Positions 10,504 to 21,660 of a stretch of 64,000 nt of DNA are shown here, one piece after another. The translations under genes were made by a program, and so were the position numbers. The first letter of the stretch is position 1. Every line of letters begins with the position of its first letter. The notes beneath the pieces were generated by a model. It saw only the letters and a program-made list of their open reading frames with translations, was not told the DNA's origin and did no database searches. The stretch comes from Eledone cirrhosa (taxonomy: Eukaryota), in contig OZ024741.1 of the NCBI GenBank assembly GCA_964016885.1, forward strand, positions 140,926,001-140,990,000, given 5' to 3'.

Positions 10504-12428
10504 ATATACACATATATATGTGTATGTATATACTATAGCAATTCTACATTGTACTCCCAAATCACATTCCATTAGGTATAGAACTGGGAACACAAATGTA
10601 CGTAACTTCGTACCATAAAGACGATCATCATTCAATTGAGGGAACGATTAGGAAAATATATTTATTTAATGTGGTTGAAATAATTGCCTAATTCTGTAAA
10701 TGTCAATTCATCAAATCAATACTTAATCATAAAAGTCTGCTCTGCTTCCTTCATTCGGCAAATAACTTAAATGGAATTTGCTTCCCATTTTTTATACATG
10801 AAAGCGTACATTTTCCTCATAAAGTAGAATATTATTTACTTCATCATATCGGTGGATTATCGAAAAGTTTTCTCCATTTTCTGGGTATTATTTATTGATC
10901 TGCTTCGTAAAGATATTTACGTTTCGGGAAGGTTTTTCTAAGAAGATAGCATACTCCTTTTTATTTATGAGATTTAATATTGAGAAAAAGAGTTATGGTA
11001 TACAATGGCATACCCTGGGTGCTAAACTGCTAATGAGGTCGAAGGGGAGCCGAAGTGATATTTGCAATATATTTTGTATTTAAACCCAATGAAGCCGATC
11101 TCTCTTCTGAATATGAGAGAGCGAGAAACAAATATATAGAGGAAGAACCGACCTCAAAAAGATGAAATCAAAGTTGACCTTGGTGTGATTTCAACTCATA
11201 CCTCAAAGAGCCTCGGAAGGAATGACGCGAAGCATTTTATGCGATATTTTCACGACCAATCATAATTCGCCGCCTGTAGCTACTATTTTCACTGATACAT
11301 TTAGTAGGTTATTTCTTCCTCTTGCATCTACGACAAACGTTCTTGGCTTTGTGTGATGAATATTGTTATGCTAATTTTCGCTCTTTTTGCATTTGTAGTT
11401 ACTCTGTATAACAGCATAACCAAATGATCAAAGACATGGAATAAATTATTTCTGGTCTTTTTGTCAGTTTGAACAAGAAAACTCGTTCATTTAAAAAAAT
11501 TATTTTCAATATAATAATTTATTTTATTATTATTGTTTTACATATATTATCTTCTATTTATAATTTCTCCTTTTATTAGTTTTTCAGCAGCTCTTGCCTG
11601 TAATTGAATATATAATGAAGTACATTTTCCCCGGGTCTCTTTCAAATTCATAATTACGTCATTGTAAAACCTCCTTATGAGAAAGATAAAAACGGCATCA
11701 TTATGAACATTATCTGGATCGATATTTCAATTTGCTACAGAATGAAAAGATAGTGATCTGCTCCCGAAAATTGTAATTAACGCGAAATGAAAATTGAAGC
11801 CCTGAGAGCGAGTTGATAGTTGTTCTAAAAATCGTTTGGAAATGACTGCTCTGCTATTCGGTAGAAATATCCGAAATCAAGGAACGGAATTTAAAAATAT
11901 CAAACTGAATAAAAAATATGATTCATGCAGCATATGGAGCGGATATTGAATTTATTTCATCCTACGCAAATTTAATCTTCGAGTTCTATGCATAATTTTG
12001 GCCTACACATATTTCATCTTTGTGTCCGACGCATATTCTGATAATACTCACAAAAATAATTTTAACTAGAAATGATAATAGTCTTTGCTTTAAATGAAAC
12101 TATAATAAAACATTTAAGATTTTTCAGAATTCAGTTAGTGGTATCTATATTCAGTAACGGCGAGGTGATGGTTGTTATAAATTAACATAGGATATGAAGA
12201 TGTTACGAGATGAAGGATTAAGAAGCATAAATAATCAATTTTGCCAGAAAAATCTTCTACTTCATATTTTGGAACTATGTAGAAACACTTTGTTGCAACT
12301 ACTTGTAAATTATATAGACAAGAAAATTATGGGCGAAGATTTGAAAGCATATCCACACACACACACAGATACACACACACACACACACGCACACACACAC
12401 AAATACACACCCACACACACATATATAA

Positions 12429-12549
<121 letters not shown>

Positions 12550-12846
12550 GATGTATATATATATGTATATACATATATCATAAAACATGTCTATAGAATC
12601 ACAAGATAAAATATATACTATTTCCTCTCCCAATTAGCATAATTAACTATATAAAAAATCGAATAGACCAGGCTATACGAATGAGGCTTCTATGAAGGAA
12701 TCTCCAACAAATAACCAAAACTAGCGCTTCGCGTCCGCCGTGTGGAATATTTATCGAATATTTCGACAGCGTAATCGCCTAGATACAGTCAACTAAGCAG
12801 AATTAGGTTTAAAATAAACTAGGAGAAAATAGAATACACTTAAATA

Positions 12847-12932
12847 CCTCTACCATGGTTTCGTCCGTGTTTTGAGTTATCCAATAATTATGTAATAATT
12901 ATATAAACTGGAGCGCCGGATTCTTCAGGAAG
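12847..12932 (-). ncRNA. Type I hammerhead ribozyme
   Basis: rc: CTTC-CTGAAGA-A-TCCG...CGGA-C-GAAA-CCATGG-TA-GAGG. Palindromic helix III ACCATGGT, GUA site. Confidence 0.85.
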
Positions 12933-13347
12933 CTCGCTCATATCTAGACATTAAATTTTCTAAAACGATCGCGCCAAGAATTCATTTCAAAGTGGCTAAA
13001 AGTCGTGACATAGTCGCGGTCAAGTTGGAAGGGGTGTGGTAGTTGCTTACGACTGGTGGCATTTTTGCTATAAAGCACAGCACAATACAGCCAAATTTGT
13101 ATCTCAACCTAGTGGGAGATTATTACATATAAAAGTTTACATATATATATATACATACACATACATATACGTGTTTTGCAACTGGTCACTTTTTGGCTCA
13201 ATGAAAAATTAATAAATTAAACAATCAGAGCTATGTGTATGTATATATATATGTAAACTTGTATATGTATATACATATATGTATATATATATGTGTATAT
13301 ATATATATATAAATATATATATATGTATATATATATAGGTGTTTATA

Positions 13348-13390
<43 letters not shown>

Positions 13391-13542
13391 GTGTATATAT
13401 ATGTGTTTATATATATGTATATATATATGTATGTATATATATATATATATGTATATATATATGTAAAAAGAAAAAAAAGATGAAATCGAAAATGCAACTG
13501 GAGTCTTATTTTTTAAGAAATATATATATATTTATTTGGTTC

Positions 13543-13578
13543 CTTTAGCGGTTTCGCAGTTCTTCTGCTTTTCAAAAG
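13543..13578 (-). ncRNA. Hammerhead variant, U3-A8 core
   Basis: rc: CTT-TTGAAAA-GCAG aagaa CTGC-GAAA-CCGC-TA-AAG. Confidence 0.6.
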
Positions 13579-13617
13579 TAGAGTTGACATAAGCAGAGAC
13601 CCTCCATCTCAACTCTA

Positions 13618-13654
13618 CCTTTGAAAAGCAGAAGAACTGCGAAACCGGTAAAAG
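13618..13654 (+). ncRNA. Hammerhead variant, U3-A8 core
   Basis: TTGAAAA-GCAG aagaa CTGC-GAAA-CCGG-TA. Palindromic helix III ACCGGT. Helix I is mutated in this arm. Confidence 0.6.
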
Positions 13655-13792
13655 AACCAAATAAATATATATATATTTTTTTAAATAAGATTCCAGTTGC
13701 ATTTTCGATTTCATCTTTTTTTCTTTATACTTTCACTCGTGTAGGACACCTCGGTTATTTTTCATTTTGTAAAAAAACCTCACTTTCTAATA

Positions 13793-13823
<31 letters not shown>

Positions 13824-14014
13824 CTGTATATATATATGTGTATATATATATGTGTGTATATATATATCTGTATATATATATGTGTGTATATATATATCTG
13901 TATATATATATATGTGTATATATATATATGTGTATATATATATGTGTATATATATATGTGTGTATATATATGTGTGTATATATATGTGTGTGTATATATG
14001 TATATATGTATATA

Positions 14015-14057
<43 letters not shown>

Positions 14058-14060
<3 letters not shown>

Positions 14061-14540
14061 GAATAAATTAACAGGAGGATGGACTGGTGTAAATCCTTGA
14101 AAAGTTTATTATACTATGATCATTTCAATGACCGGGTTCCGTATGAATCCGGTGATATCATCAGGTATTCGAAATATAACAAAGTAATATATAAAAATCC
14201 AAGGCGCACTTGAGAGCGACTGACCGAGGTGAAAACAGTTAGTTAGTCAGTCGTCCTCTCTGTCTCTGATTTTCGGACCCATGGATTTTTATATATTCCT
14301 TTGTTATATTTCGAATACCTGATGATATCATCGGATTCATACAGAACCCGGTGTTTGAAATGATTTACACCAGTCCAACTTCCTGTTATTTTATTCATAA
14401 TAATTAACTCCGTATTCGCACCACCAACTACACAAACGAAGACGTGTGAACTGCACTACGTTGAGTACTTTCTATAATATTACATCAAGATCGACCGTAC
14501 CGAATGACCAATTCTATCCAGTGGTGAACTAACAAACCTA
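14058..14540 (+). mobile_element. Fold-back non-autonomous PLE (family B) with about 140-nt tail
   Basis: Arms about 14058-14200 and 14280-14399 are inverted. Same sequence recurs at 15981-16330 (-) and 17990-18200 (+). Flanked by (TA)n. Confidence 0.8.
14111..14168 (-). ncRNA. Type I hammerhead ribozyme (family B)
   Basis: rc: ATAC-CTGATGA-..ACCGG...CCGGT..-GAAA-TGATCA-TA-GTAT. Palindrome ATGATCAT. The + arm copy (14315-14364) is deleted just after GAAATGAT. Confidence 0.8.
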
Positions 14541-14652
14541 AAAAAAAAAATATATATATATAAAATTTCACTTTATAATATTATATATATATATACATAT
14601 ATATATATATGTATATATATATGCGTATATGTATATGTATATATATATATAT

Positions 14653-14817
14653 ACTTGCGGAGGGTCATATTTGTGTAATATTGCCAGAATTAATAACAGG
14701 ACACACTCACTGTGAGTGTGTTCTGTTATTAATTCTGGCAATATTACACAAATATGACCCTCCCCAAGTATAACAATATTTGTTTCGACACACGATTTCA
14801 TATCAAAATCCTCGCAA

Positions 14818-14820
<3 letters not shown>
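14653..14820 (+). mobile_element. Minimal fold-back remnant of the PLE at 1-3826 (terminal 60-bp hairpin plus tail)
   Basis: Palindrome centred near 14711 (ACACACTCAC T GTGAGTGTGT). Right part matches 3718-3826. Confidence 0.85.
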
Positions 14821-14868
<48 letters not shown>

Positions 14869-14875
14869 CACTTTA

Positions 14876-14955
<80 letters not shown>

Positions 14956-15370
14956 ATGGAGAATAGAAATGGTTGTGTAGTTGCTATTTAAAGTAACTTA
15001 AAATGCAGTGGCAATACGTAGAAAGCAAGAACAGGGGGTCCTCATTAGTTGTCTACTGGGGGTCTAGGATATTTCTACGCTTTAAAGACAAGATATCACT
15101 TCACCCCCGGGCGTCAATAACTAGATAGGTTATTGGGAAAACGAAGAAAGGAGGGAAGGAAAGCAAAGGGGAAGAAAAGAGAAACTGTAACAAAACAGCG
15201 AAAAAAAAGCTCAAACCGAGCAATGTGCGAGCAACTAGAGGTAGGAAATCCAAGACTACTCGATAATAGAACTTAATTTCGAGACCGAGTAATCGAGAGA
15301 AAAGAGATACGTCCGATCGCCGCAGTTGTAAGTGAGAAGAGAACTGCTAAACGGTCAATATATATGTATA

Positions 15371-15559
15371 GGGCGGTGAATTGGCAGTATCGGTAGAGTG
15401 TTGGACGCCATGCTTTCTAGCATAGTTACGTCCCTTTACGGTCTGAGTTCAAATCCCGCCGAGGTTAACTTTGCCTTTCATCCTTACGAGGTCGATAAAA
15501 TAAAGTACCAGTAATGTACTGTGTAATTGCTGGCCTTTAGCCAAAAGTAGAAACAATTA
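15371..15559 (+). mobile_element. tRNA-derived SINE (family A)
   Basis: Full-length match to the other family A copies. Confidence 0.9.
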
Positions 15560-15618
15560 TAATGTGAAATTACAGGAGGCCAAAAATGTTGAATTTTCTT
15601 AATTATTTATTTCTGCAA

Positions 15619-15676
15619 AGACTATGCACAATTCAGTGGCCAGGTTGCTTAAGAACCTGGTGACATCTTCAGGTGT
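15619..15676 (-). ncRNA. Degenerate hammerhead
   Basis: rc: ACAC-CTGAAGA-..CCAGGTT...AACCTGG..-GAAT-TGTGCA-TA-GTCT. GAAA is mutated to GAAT. Confidence 0.5.
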
Positions 15677-16168
15677 AAATTGTATAATAGATGTATACCA
15701 ACGGAAGAAGGTAAACTTTAAGGAAACAAGCAAAGAAAAAACAGAGAAGAAAAAAGTGTGTTCATGTTTTTGACCCAGAGACGAATGAAGCAATATGTTT
15801 TTATCATGCCTCGCCGCCTCATATATACATATGAATGAAATGTTACCAGTTCAGGCCAGTCTGACCATTATTCAACTTACTAGTGTATACGTTAGAAAAC
15901 TACAGTGTATACATCATGACATGGATTCTCTTTTCCCCCGATTCGATAGCATTATATATATGTATATATATATATATTTAGGTTTGTCGGTTCACCACTG
16001 GATCGAATTGGTCATTCTGTATGGTCAATCTTGGTGTAATATTGTGGAGAGTACTCAACGTAGTGCAGTTCACCCGTCTTCGTCTGTGTAGTTGGTGGTG
16101 CGAATACGGAGTTAATTATATATAAAATAACAGGAGGCTGGACTGATGTAAATCCTTGAAAGGTTATT

Positions 16169-16226
16169 ATACTATGATCATTTCAATGACCGGGTTCCAT
16201 ATGAATCCGGTGATATCATCAGGTAT
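16169..16226 (-). ncRNA. Type I hammerhead ribozyme (family B)
   Basis: Same fold as 14111-14168 with intact ATAC/GTAT helix I. Confidence 0.8.
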
Positions 16227-18095
16227 TCGAAATATAATAAAAGAATATGTAAAAAACCATGGGTCGAAAAATCAGAGACAGAGAGGACGACTGACCAACT
16301 AGCTGCTTTTACCTCGGCCAGTCGCCCTCAAAGTGATGGCAACTTAGTCTACTAATGACCATCTGGTGAGCGAGCGAAGGCTTATAATGCACAACCACCT
16401 CTCCGTCAAAGAATAAAAAAGGGGAAGAAAGAAAGAAAGGGAGGAAGAAGAAAAAAAAGAAAAAAGTCAGCGTAAGGGTCACACTACAGTCATGCTAGAA
16501 AACGCCGCGAAAAATGTTATTCCAAAGAATCTATATTTTAACAAAGGCATATATAATGGGTGTCTGTATGGTCTAATGTGTGAACAGAAAATTGGAACGT
16601 TAAACTTATGTTACGAGTTATAGGATGAAATTAAATTAAAAAATAATAAATTGAAAAATGATAAATTGAAAAATAAATAAAAAAATTAAAAGATTATTAG
16701 AAAATTAACGGTTAAGGTAGCGAGATTTATTTAATGAACTTACAGAGAGAGTCTTATATGAAAACGTTAATCTTGATAAGATATCAAGGTGGAATATAGA
16801 GTAAAGATTAAAGCCTTCGATTTGCATCCGAGCCAGCACCTCCTAACCACGTGTCAGCGAGTTTCGAGTGGTATCGTCCAGCGAAAGAAATGGAAATTAA
16901 TTTTTCCGAGTACTCTTGGAACGTAGCTACCTTAGGCCTCGTGTGCGCTAGCGGGAAGTCTACAATTTCGACAGGCCATCGTCTATACCAAACGAATACT
17001 ATTAATTCACACATGAGGGGTTTATTTACGTGCCAGTAGAGGCATGATACAGCTAACAGTTATGCCTAAGCCTGGAGTTTATAGGTATAAGTATAATATG
17101 GCGGTCAAAACAGGCGGCGCGGCGGGCCCGGAGCAAAGCATCCGCTCCGAGTAATTTCGTTTACCGAAAGAGGGGAAATTTATTTTTCCAAGCAATCAAG
17201 GAAGGCTGAACTTTCCGAGCGCCCAGCGCACAGCCGGGAAAAGCTACCACATAAGTCGAAGGTAGCAAACCCAATGAAAAGTGCAAATAGACTATACTTA
17301 TTTTAAAGTCCCAGTTAGTCCGGGTTATAAGTAGTGTGGTTCTTTGGTGGGTAGGGGGCTATGAAAGGTGCAAAATGACCTGAGTAAGGAAAGTTACAAA
17401 TAAATAAAAGCAGGATACAAAGATAAAATACAAAGATAAAGAATACATTGATAAAAATACATTAATAAACTAATAAAAGTAAAAAGTAAAAAGTAAAATA
17501 CATAAATCGAAGGCTTTAATCTTTACTCTATATCCCACCCTGATATCTTATCGAGATTAACTTTTTCATATAAGACTCTCTCTGTAAGTTCATTAAATAA
17601 ATCTCGCTACCTTAACCGTTAATTTTCTAATAATCTTTTAATTTTTTTAATTTATTTTTTAATTTATCATTTTTCAATTTATTATTTTTTAATTTAATTT
17701 CATCCTATAACTCGTAACATAAGTTTAACGTTCCAATTTTCTGTTCACACATTAGACCATACAGACACCCATTATATATGCCTTTGTTAAAATATAGATT
17801 CTTTGGAATAACATTTTTCGCGGTGTTTTCTAGCATGACTGTAGTGTGACCCTTACGCTGACTTTTTTTTCTTCTTTCTTCCTTTCTTTCTTTCTTCCCT
17901 TGTTTTATTCTTTGACGGAGAGGTGGTAGTGCATTATAAGCCTTCTCCCCCTCACCAGATGGTCATTAGTAGACTGAGTTACTATTACTTTGAGGGCGAC
18001 TGGCCGAGGTGAAAGCAGCTAGTTGGTCAGTCGTCCTCTCTGTCTCTGATTTTTTGGACCCATGTTTTTTTACATATTCCTTTCTTATATTTGGA

Positions 18096-18153
18096 ATACC
18101 TGATGATATCACCGGATTCATATGGAACCCGGTCATTGAAATGATCATACTAT
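18096..18153 (+). ncRNA. Type I hammerhead ribozyme (family B, one helix I mismatch)
   Basis: ATAC-CTGATGA...GAAA-TGATCA-TA-CTAT. Confidence 0.7.
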
Positions 18154-18196
18154 AATAAACCTTTCAAGGATTTACACCAGTCAAGCCTCCTGTTAT

Positions 18197-18238
<42 letters not shown>

Positions 18239-18247
18239 CACACACAC

Positions 18248-19169
18248 AAATACAGGTAAAGAGGCGAGGCTATGTGCTTACTGAAAACGAAATGTTAGAA
18301 GGTAATCGGGACGTAAACAAAAGAAGAAAAGTTTCGTCATCTGTTTACTACAGATCTTAGATGTTTCGGCGCTTAAAACAGTACATCGACCCGTAGCGCG
18401 CCCATGGCCTTTTATCCATCAAAACGCCATGAGGGAAAGAAGTGATAGTGAAGAGAGAGGAAGAAAGAAAAAAGGAAAAAGAAAAAAAGGAAACAAGGAA
18501 AAAACGAAGAAAAGATACAAATTGAAGGGTGAACACAGGACAATGGCACATGTATGTAAATAATCGAAGAGAAAATAGATCAAGTTTTACTAGGCCGACG
18601 GGTATAAGTCCCGTGCCGCATAACCGAAGAGCAAGATTTTTTCGTGGCGATTCTCAGTAAAGTGAATGTAGAGAGATAGAAAGACGGAGAAGCCGGAAGT
18701 GGGAGGGGGTAGAGTAAGATGGATAGAGAGAGAGAGAGAGAGTAAGGAGAAGGGAAAGGGAGTTAATCCAAAAGTGGTTAACAACGCACGTGCAACCAGG
18801 CCGAAAACAAGCAAATGGATAGAGAGGAAGAGAGAGAGAGAAAGAAAGAAAGAAAAGGAGGGAGTCGATCCGAAAGCTTTGTAGGACATAAGTCCGGCCG
18901 GACAACAAATCGAGCAAGACAGGTAGAAAGGAGGTCACAGCAGTAAATACAAAAATACAGGTAAAGAGGCGAGGCTGAGTGGTTAGTGAAAACGAAGTGT
19001 TAGAAGGTAATCGGGACGTAAAGGGAAGAAAAGTTTCCCTTCGCCAGCTGTTTACTACAGACCTTAGATTTTTCGGCGCTTAAAACAGAACATCGATCCG
19101 TAGCGCTCCCATGGCCTATTATCCATCAAAAGTCCATGAGGGAAAGAAGTGATAGTGAAGAGAGAGGAA
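18248..19169 (-). repeat. Direct repeats of about 215 bp (18248-18462, 18953-19169; period 705), pseudo-LTR-like
   Basis: AAATACAGGTAAAGAGGCGAGGCT...GTGAAGAGAGAGGAA occurs twice around a purine-rich spacer. Confidence 0.8.
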
Positions 19170-19195
19170 TATATACATATATATGTCGAAGCATA

Positions 19196-19304
19196 TAGCT
19201 GTCGAAACGGCCGAGGCTCATCCGTCGGGTCCTGACTCTTTTCCTATATATATATAGGAACCAGTAAGACCCCGACAGCTGAGCTCAAGCCGTTTCGACG
19301 GCTA
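19196..19304. repeat. Imperfect 109-bp hairpin (MITE-like)
   Basis: TAGCTGTCGAAACGGC...GCCGTTTCGACGGCTA with central TTCC(TA)nGGAA. A related end occurs near 45367-45398. Confidence 0.7.
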
Positions 19305-19352
19305 ATTCTGGACTAAAAAATGCATATATATATATGTGTATATATATATATG

Positions 19353-19397
<45 letters not shown>

Positions 19398-19566
19398 ATA
19401 TATATATATATATGTATAGATTTTGAGTTTATGTTGGTTGTATACCAACACCTCAGTATGCAGGCTGGAGCACTCGACGAAGTGCGCAGGTTGGTTTGGT
19501 TACTCCGGAGTAGTGAAAAATAAAGTTAAATAAAAGTCAAATGATTAAAATTTAGCTTCGTTTATT

Positions 19567-19621
19567 ACTGCTATATATATTTCAGTGACAGCCATCTTTG
19601 GCTGTGACTTCTTCAGGCCGT
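19567..19621 (-). ncRNA. Type I hammerhead ribozyme
   Basis: rc: ACGGC-CTGAAGA-AGTCACAGCC aaagat GGCTGTCACT-GAAA-TATATA-TA-GCAGT. Confidence 0.85.
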
Positions 19622-19761
19622 TTGAATTAGTATGGTATAGACAAGTACATATGTTGTTTAGGTGTATGATATTGTCAATACTCTGATATGCCCAGTTCCT
19701 TGGGTTGTTAATTCACTGGGGAACTGTATATATATATGTGTGTATATATATGTATATATAC

Positions 19762-19908
<147 letters not shown>

Positions 19909-20319
19909 TAAAGTGGAATTGGAAATAGCACGGAAAATATATTTAAGGATGTTTTTCTTTTTTTCTTCCTTGATTCGTCAAAGTGACATTATTGAAAGGA
20001 TGAGAGGAACAATTCTTTTTTAAAAAAGCAGTTTTATAATTTATATAATCACATTCTTTAACGAAAACGGAATGGGGAGAACAAGAGAGAACCTTCCGAA
20101 TTTCCCAGCTTCGGATATTTCTTCAGTTACAAATATGCACGTCTCAGCCGTTTACATTCATAGAAAAGCAATCCCATGATACTGAAGGATGTTTTGATCC
20201 TTCATCATTTTGTGCTGTTGTTCAAAGCGTTATAAGCTTAATTAATTATCTACTCCCCAATTTCCAAATCTATAATGAGGGGTGACTGCGTGAAAGATCA
20301 ATCCTGGCCCCAATAAAAC

Positions 20320-20810
20320 ATCACAGTGAATGCCATCAACAAAAGCTCTCACAAATGATCCATGAATGTAGCCAGACCTCTACACCTATCGACAAAGTTT
20401 TCGACGTGGACGATCCTGTTGAATTTAACAACAATCTGGAACAGTCCGATAAGCTGCCACTCAACTTTGGATTGTAGAAGGCCACAGTTACAATTCTTTT
20501 CAGAAATCTGGATGAAACACTATTGTGCAATAGGCCGCGTGTGGTTGTGACTGAACTGCAGCCTCATATCATCGTAGCCAAAATCCTCACAGAGTGTGGG
20601 AAGCGAGATATGGCATTTATACCTAGAATGCCACTAATTCAAATGATTGCAATTTCCATGGACAGCCCGTTACGCAATGGCCATAACACTTCTTACGGTC
20701 CAACCCTGCTGGTTGTCAGTCCCCATCTAGAAGAAGCTGTTTCTCACATGATCAATTTTCGTAGATTATTCCAGACTAGACTAGGAACATTCCACAAACT
20801 ATTCATATAT
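20320..20810 (+). mobile_element. Helitron helicase (Pif1-like) C-terminal relic
   Basis: ILFRNLDETLLCNRPRVVVTELQPHIIVAKILTECGKRDMAFIPRMPLI matches the Helitron pattern LLRNL..LCNGTRL.V..L...I.A.ILTG...G..VFIPRIPL. Confidence 0.8.
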
Positions 20811-20999
20811 GAAAAAAAGTTTAAAATGTTGTATATACTAAAGTTCTGTAAATGTCTTTTAATTTTTGTAGAATACATTTTTCTAGTATTTTTTTTATTA
20901 CTTTCTGTATTTAGATATATCTAAATAATGTTTAAAATGTTAATTTTTAATGTTATACATAATATAACCTTAAACATCACATGATTAGGTTTTCTAGGG

Positions 21000-21660
21000 C
21001 TTGGTAAACAATTTGTAATTATTTACTGACCACAATGAATACATACAATAGTTTATAACTTTGCCTATTAATCCGTATGGTGAGCAAATGGGGTCCCACG
21101 TGCTGGCCTCCCCACAGCCCCGGCAGACAGGATGGAGAAGGTGTTTCCCCGGAAAATGGCAAGTGAGATGCGCTGGAAGAGCCATTCCAACTCACGAGGC
21201 TCACACCTGCGGCTGGCCAGCTCAGCGCCTATGGTGGCGAATAGGGGGGTAGCCCTAGGGCCAAGGACACCGAAGTCTCCACTGCCAAGGGCACGACCGC
21301 GAACCTGTCGGAGAGCGATCGGTACTTGGAGAGGTTGGCCTCCTCAGCCTGACGTGCTGCAGTACCTGGGTTAGTCAAAGACTACACCAGGTTGCGGCTG
21401 GAGAAAGTGCCGCTGCAAGTGGCATCCTAGAAGAGGGTTTTGCCACCGCGGAACAGGAAGATGGTCATACCGTCTGGCCTTTCGCCATCCCCTCGGTCCA
21501 TCCCCACCGGCTCGAGCTGAGAGGGGAAGCCTGCAGCGTCCAAGCCTTGCTTAGTGACCTCGTTGAGGGCAGCATGGCGTGGAAGGTGGCCGGCACTGTG
21601 GAGACATGAAAGCGGGTGGAGACATGAAAGCGGGTGGATCCACAGCGACAATTATGTTGC
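21000..21660 (-). mobile_element. CRE-clade non-LTR retrotransposon 3' fragment (restriction-like endonuclease)
   Basis: RHAALNEV..GLDAAGFPSQLEPVGMDRGDGERPDGMT..GGKTLF*DATC..T, AEEANLSKY, VPLAVET, WLFQRISLAIFRGN. In-frame stops present. Confidence 0.85.

Larger units (their letters stand above)
13463..13790 (+). mobile_element. Fold-back non-autonomous PLE (U3-A8 hammerhead family)
   Basis: Inverted arms about 13463-13587 and 13609-13729 plus a 60-nt tail ending CCTCACTTTCTAA(TA)n. Second copy at 59604-59850 has the same terminus. Confidence 0.8.
15981..18200 (-). mobile_element. Family B PLE with about 700-bp inverted pseudo-LTRs (16124-16822 / 17504-18200)
   Basis: Arms are near-identical reverse complements, each with a hammerhead. 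Tail present only on the left arm. Flanked by (TA)n. Confidence 0.85.

Noticed and set aside
14401-14470. TAACTCCG...GAGT resemblance to a twister ribozyme
   Set aside because: The conserved twister L4 loop and both pseudoknots are missing. Reported instead as an unknown tail motif.
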